A DNA stretch of 64,000 bases from Amphiscolops sp. MND2022. Its lineage: Eukaryota. The notes under the pieces were generated by a model that was not told the DNA's origin, ran no database searches, and saw only the letters and a list, made by a program, of their open reading frames with translations. Both the position numbers and the translations under genes were made by a program. Positions 59,499 through 64,000 of this stretch are shown here, in pieces (position 1 is the stretch's first letter; every line of letters begins with the position of its first letter). The DNA is taken from the NCBI GenBank assembly GCA_964187785.1, contig OZ076409.1, positions 10,232,001 to 10,296,000 of the forward strand. The letters are read 5' to 3'.

Positions 59499-59868
59499 TT
59501 TTTGCAATGCTTGTTTTCTTAATGCTTCTCATTGAAAAAATCCTCTCTTCTCTCTTTCGATAACTTTCCCTTCCCTTCTTTCCCATCACATTTTCCTTTC
59601 ACCACTTCCTCTCCTTTTATCTCCCCTCTCCCGTATGAATTTACTTTTCCTCCATTCTAACCCTTTTCTTGCATCAATCCAGCTTCTCTTAATCCCACTC
59701 TTTCTTTTATTCCCTCGTTTATCTTTATCCACCTCTCCACTTCCATTTTAACCATAATCTCCTCAGAATACACCGCTTTTTCAAACCACTCCCTACTGAA
59801 CCATCTATTCATCCTGACACTATCTTGGACCGTATTTGGTTACACTTTCTCCCTCATCGACATTCTTA

Positions 59869-62800
59869 ATGTCTGATCCTCCATCACCCCTCATTCCTCT
59901 CCCTTTAGTTTGCGAAAACACCTCTCAACGTATTATTCGTGACATTTCTCACACCCTCTCCAAATTTCTTGACAATCTCATCTATAATATTATCGCACCT
60001 CTTTCTTTTGAAACCTACCCAGAAGATAATTATACTATCCCCCTCATTCGTGAACACCACGACTCTTATTGATACACATTCTGTTGTTGAAGCTCCTGAT
60101 GAACCTCCATTTTCTATTCCTTTTACTTCTCCCATAAACCATTCTGATACCTTTAGAAAAAATATCCATCATAATACCATTTATATTCCCATTGCGAATG
60201 TATTTACCACCTTTCTCAATAACCTCCAAGAAAAAAACAATCTTTTACCTAAACATGTTTTTAATCCATCCTCAATCCAAACCCTTCTTCAAAAAAAATC
60301 TCTTATTGATCTCCATAATATTGACCAATTCCGCAATATTGAAAATAACCCTCATCACTGGCGTACTACTGATATTCTCCAAATTCATCATTTTCAATAC
60401 CATTTTTTCCAAAATCTCACTCTCGATACAAGTACTAAAGAACAAATTCAGATATATTCTTTTTTTCTTGGAAAATTTTTTAGACATAATTGCCAACTAG
60501 TTTGGCACTCAAAATTCCAATCAGCTTGTATCAATTTCCCCAACATCTTACTAACGATGAACTTTCACCCTTTATTGATACCTCTGACAATCACCACCCT
60601 CAATATTATAATGTTCTCGAATTTCCTCCTTCCCATTTCGCCTACCTCACATATGACTCATCAATAGTATTGATAAAAGTCCTAACTTTCCCCCTCCTAT
60701 TCGTCGTTATGCAAAACAACACCCTCTCCCTCCTTCCATCGACAAAACTTCAAACGTCTCTCTCCAAACTCTTCCCTCCTCTTCAAATGTAATAGTTAAT
60801 ACAAACCCAACTACAAATCAAAACCTTCCTCCCTCTACATCTCAAATTACCACAACAACTGAAAACCTTTCTACTTCCCATACACCAAATCAATATACTA
60901 CTCCTTCTAACACTCCCCCTGTAATACCTTCTAATAATGTACAACTTCCAGTTTATCAAATTCCTACCATACCTCCAATCCCTATTTCATTGAACAATAC
61001 ACTTTCTACTCAACCTCTCACACAAAATCTTCCACTTTATTTCCCCCAGAATAATTCTCTAATTAATCAAAATCATCCATCATCCTTACCTATACCGCCA
61101 AATCCTTTCAATTCCCAACCTTCTATCTCTACCCTTCAGTCTACATCATATAACCCCTATGTCTCACTTCACCCTGGCTTTCAAAATTTTCCCACCAATT
61201 CTTTTCAGCCACCTAATTTTCCTCTTAATCATCTTCCACCATCTAATTCTACATTACCATTTAATCCTCCTTCTTCTTACCCCTCTCGCATTTTCAAATG
61301 CCTCCATCTGTTCCTTTCGCTGCTCTCTCAGACCCCTTAAACTTTTTGATAGCTTAGATCATACTTATCCTTCTGAAAAATTCTTAGCCCACCTTAGTGC
61401 TCTTGTAACAATTCAGCTTGGTCCCCAACCTGTTGACTTTCAATCATATTTAACCTGGCATTCTCGACGCATGTCCCTCCTCTATTGTTCCTTAACAGGA
61501 AGTGCCTCTTATTGGTATGAGCGCCTCCCACAAGTTCATAAAGATGATTGGTCATCCTTCCTCCAAATTTTTATGAATCAGTTCTATTCCCAAAAACACG
61601 CATACCATGCTCAAAATGAAGCTCTTTCCCTTATCAAAAAGGAAAATGAAAATGTTCGTCACTACGCTCTTAAAGTTGAAACCCTTGTTAAACAAGGCTG
61701 GTATAATGAATACCCCTCCACCGTTAACCTTAAATGAAAAGAAATTTTCACACGTGTTCTCCCTAAAAAGTTAAAAGATTTCGCCAATAACCGCCAAGTC
61801 AAACATATTTCAAGTTCACTGGAACCTTCAATTCCTTTTCACTCTTTCGTTAATATGGTTGATTCTGAAGACATCACACTTGAAAAAATTAAAACTCAAG
61901 AACTTTTTCTTGAAATTAATAATCTTTCAAACACCTTCATACAACCTTCATACAAAATACAACTGTTCATGATTCTTCTCCCGAACCTCCACAAATCCAA
62001 GCCGTGGATCCTAAGAAAAAATCTAAGCCCCAATATAAAAACTTTTGTACTTTTTGCCACAAAAAAAATCACCATGTTTCAACTTGCGTTCGTAGATTCA
62101 ATTTTCTTAACGAATCTAAACCAGAATCATGATCTCGAACTCCTTCCTTTTATCAACATTTTAAAACCTCCTCTAATATTCCTCAATATTCTCGCTACCT
62201 TTTAGTAGAAGTAATAGTAATCCTTACCGTAGATCTTCTCGTGACACTCGATATAGATCTCGCTCTTACTCGCGCTCGCATTCTCGTCCTGATACAATGA
62301 TAAATCTCACCCTCATAACTATTCGTCTTAATACAACCGTGATCGATCTAGAAATGACAAACAGTATAACCAAAACTCCCACAAATCATACTCTTCTTCT
62401 TCACGTCCATTTTATAATTCTATCTCTTCTCGTAGTCCATCTAAATATTATCCTCGTTCTCGTGAACGTTCCACAAGTTATAATAACCCCTCCTCTAAAA
62501 GATACAATCTCCTTATTGCCCTCCTTCCAAACCACGTAACGATCGCTATCGTAGTAGATCACATTCAATTTCAAAGAACTACTCTCAATTTCAATATAAT
62601 CCCTCTATTAGTCTTACTCACCCATCAACACCGCCTCTTCAAAATAATCCTTCTACAGAACCCAAATTTGAAATTAATATGTACCAACCCACTACTTCTT
62701 CTTCACAATACTCCTCACTCTCCACTGAACACGCTAACGCTATTACACCTTCAACTTGGTTTGTTAATTTATATCTTTTTTTAAACCCAGTGAAGATACT

Positions 62801-64000
62801 TCGCTCCCTTCTAAATTGGAAATCCTATTTTTACTCGATAATGGTGCATCTATCTGTGTTTTAAACTGACCCACCTTTACAAATGTAGCCGATCACTTTT
62901 TAAAGTGTTCAAAACATTCTCCTCATAAAGATGAGTTCAAAACTTTAACTGTCGCTAATAAAACTGAAGTACCTATTTTATACAATGTCATCCTCACCCT
63001 GCATACTTCTATTCATGGAAGTACTCGCACACTTGTTATTCCTTTTGCAGTAGCAAACATCAAAGACAATATTCTTGGAACTCCTTTTTTGAAAAGTACG
63101 TTAAAACCCTTAATTTTGAAAATATGTCTCTTACATTTAACACTCCTCATGAATCTCGTGTGAACACTCTCCCTATTACAGCTCATAAGGAAAAAGACTA
63201 TCCATATTTCTCTTACCTATACACCATCAAAGTTAAAAATAAAATCTATTTTATACCAAACGCCTCTCAAGTTATCCATTTCCCAATCCAACCAACTCTC
63301 CCTATATATTTTCAAACTTCTGATAATGAAGTTATATTTCCTTCTACCCCTCACCCATTCTTCAATACTTCATGTTTTAATTCTACCTTTAATTTCCTCC
63401 AGGTATATCAAAATATTAAAACTGAACCTACTAGTTGTTCCGTTATTATTCAAATTATCACTCATCATTCTGCTATTCTCACCCCAGGATACATCGGATA
63501 CATCGAATTCCCCGCAACTAATAATAAACCTCTCCATTACAAAGTTGAAGATGTAAACTACTTAATACACACCGTATTTCTTTCATATTACCCAGATTTA
63601 TCTGAACCAAAACCTCCTCTCCGTCGTTTTTCCCTGCGCAAACTTAATGTTGAAATTCATAATTTACAAACCATCTCAAGTTTTAACTCTTCCTCTTCCT
63701 TCATTGACGTACTCACCTGATACTCAACAGTTCCTCAAAATATTTAAATTCCAATAGTATGATGTAACTGACGAAGAATCTTTACAACTCTGCTCTATTC
63801 TTGTTAAATATAGAAATTGCTATGCAACACATAAAAATGACGTTGGTCAAATAGCCACTCCTTTTCGAGTTCGCCTCAAACCTAATGCTAAACTCCAAAC
63901 TCAAAGACCTACCAAAGTTCCCATTTACTATAGGGAAAAACTTAAAAAACTCCTCGATGGATTAGAAAACACAATATTATTCGCCAAATTGGTTCTACTC
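59869..64000 (+). pseudogene. gag-pol of element F (partial, fragmented)
   Basis: TIPLIREHHDSY, PLKLFDSLDHTY, LTGSASYWY, an RS-rich tract, LLDNGAS, CYATHKNDVG. Confidence 0.88.

Larger units (their letters stand above)
58950..64000 (+). mobile_element. Element F: diverged, degenerate family 2 relative, runs out of the window
   Basis: PBS-like TGGTGCAACC at 59240; gag-pro-RT fragments homologous to D; LTR start not resolved. Confidence 0.85.

Overview
Eukaryotic, intron-using, AT-rich DNA made almost entirely of nested Ty3/gypsy-type LTR retrotransposons from two families. Family 1 comprises element A (<1-15311) and element C (~27545-56742, split by an insertion), both on the minus strand. 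It has 2.4-2.8 kb LTRs, a Gag ORF that starts inside the LTR, a -1 frameshift into pol, and, downstream of pol, an antisense multi-exon gene. That gene has phase-consistent GT-AG introns at conserved positions, and its product looks by eye like a hAT transposase that has lost its catalytic residues; this is the main candidate for an undescribed system. Family 2 comprises full-length element D (36072-54012, 401-bp LTRs, CTGG target duplication, inserted into C), fragments B and E, and the diverged plus-strand element F. It is retrovirus-like: a long Gag-Pol, a class III (chuvirus-G/herpes-gB-like) envelope, several accessory ORFs, structured leader repeats and a non-purine sequence where the PPT should be. 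Between B and C lie a small hAT remnant, a decayed spliced JmjC (KDM2/KDM7-like) gene and a 65-bp tandem repeat. Every element carries stops or frameshifts. Protein family calls come from manual motif recognition, not database searches.
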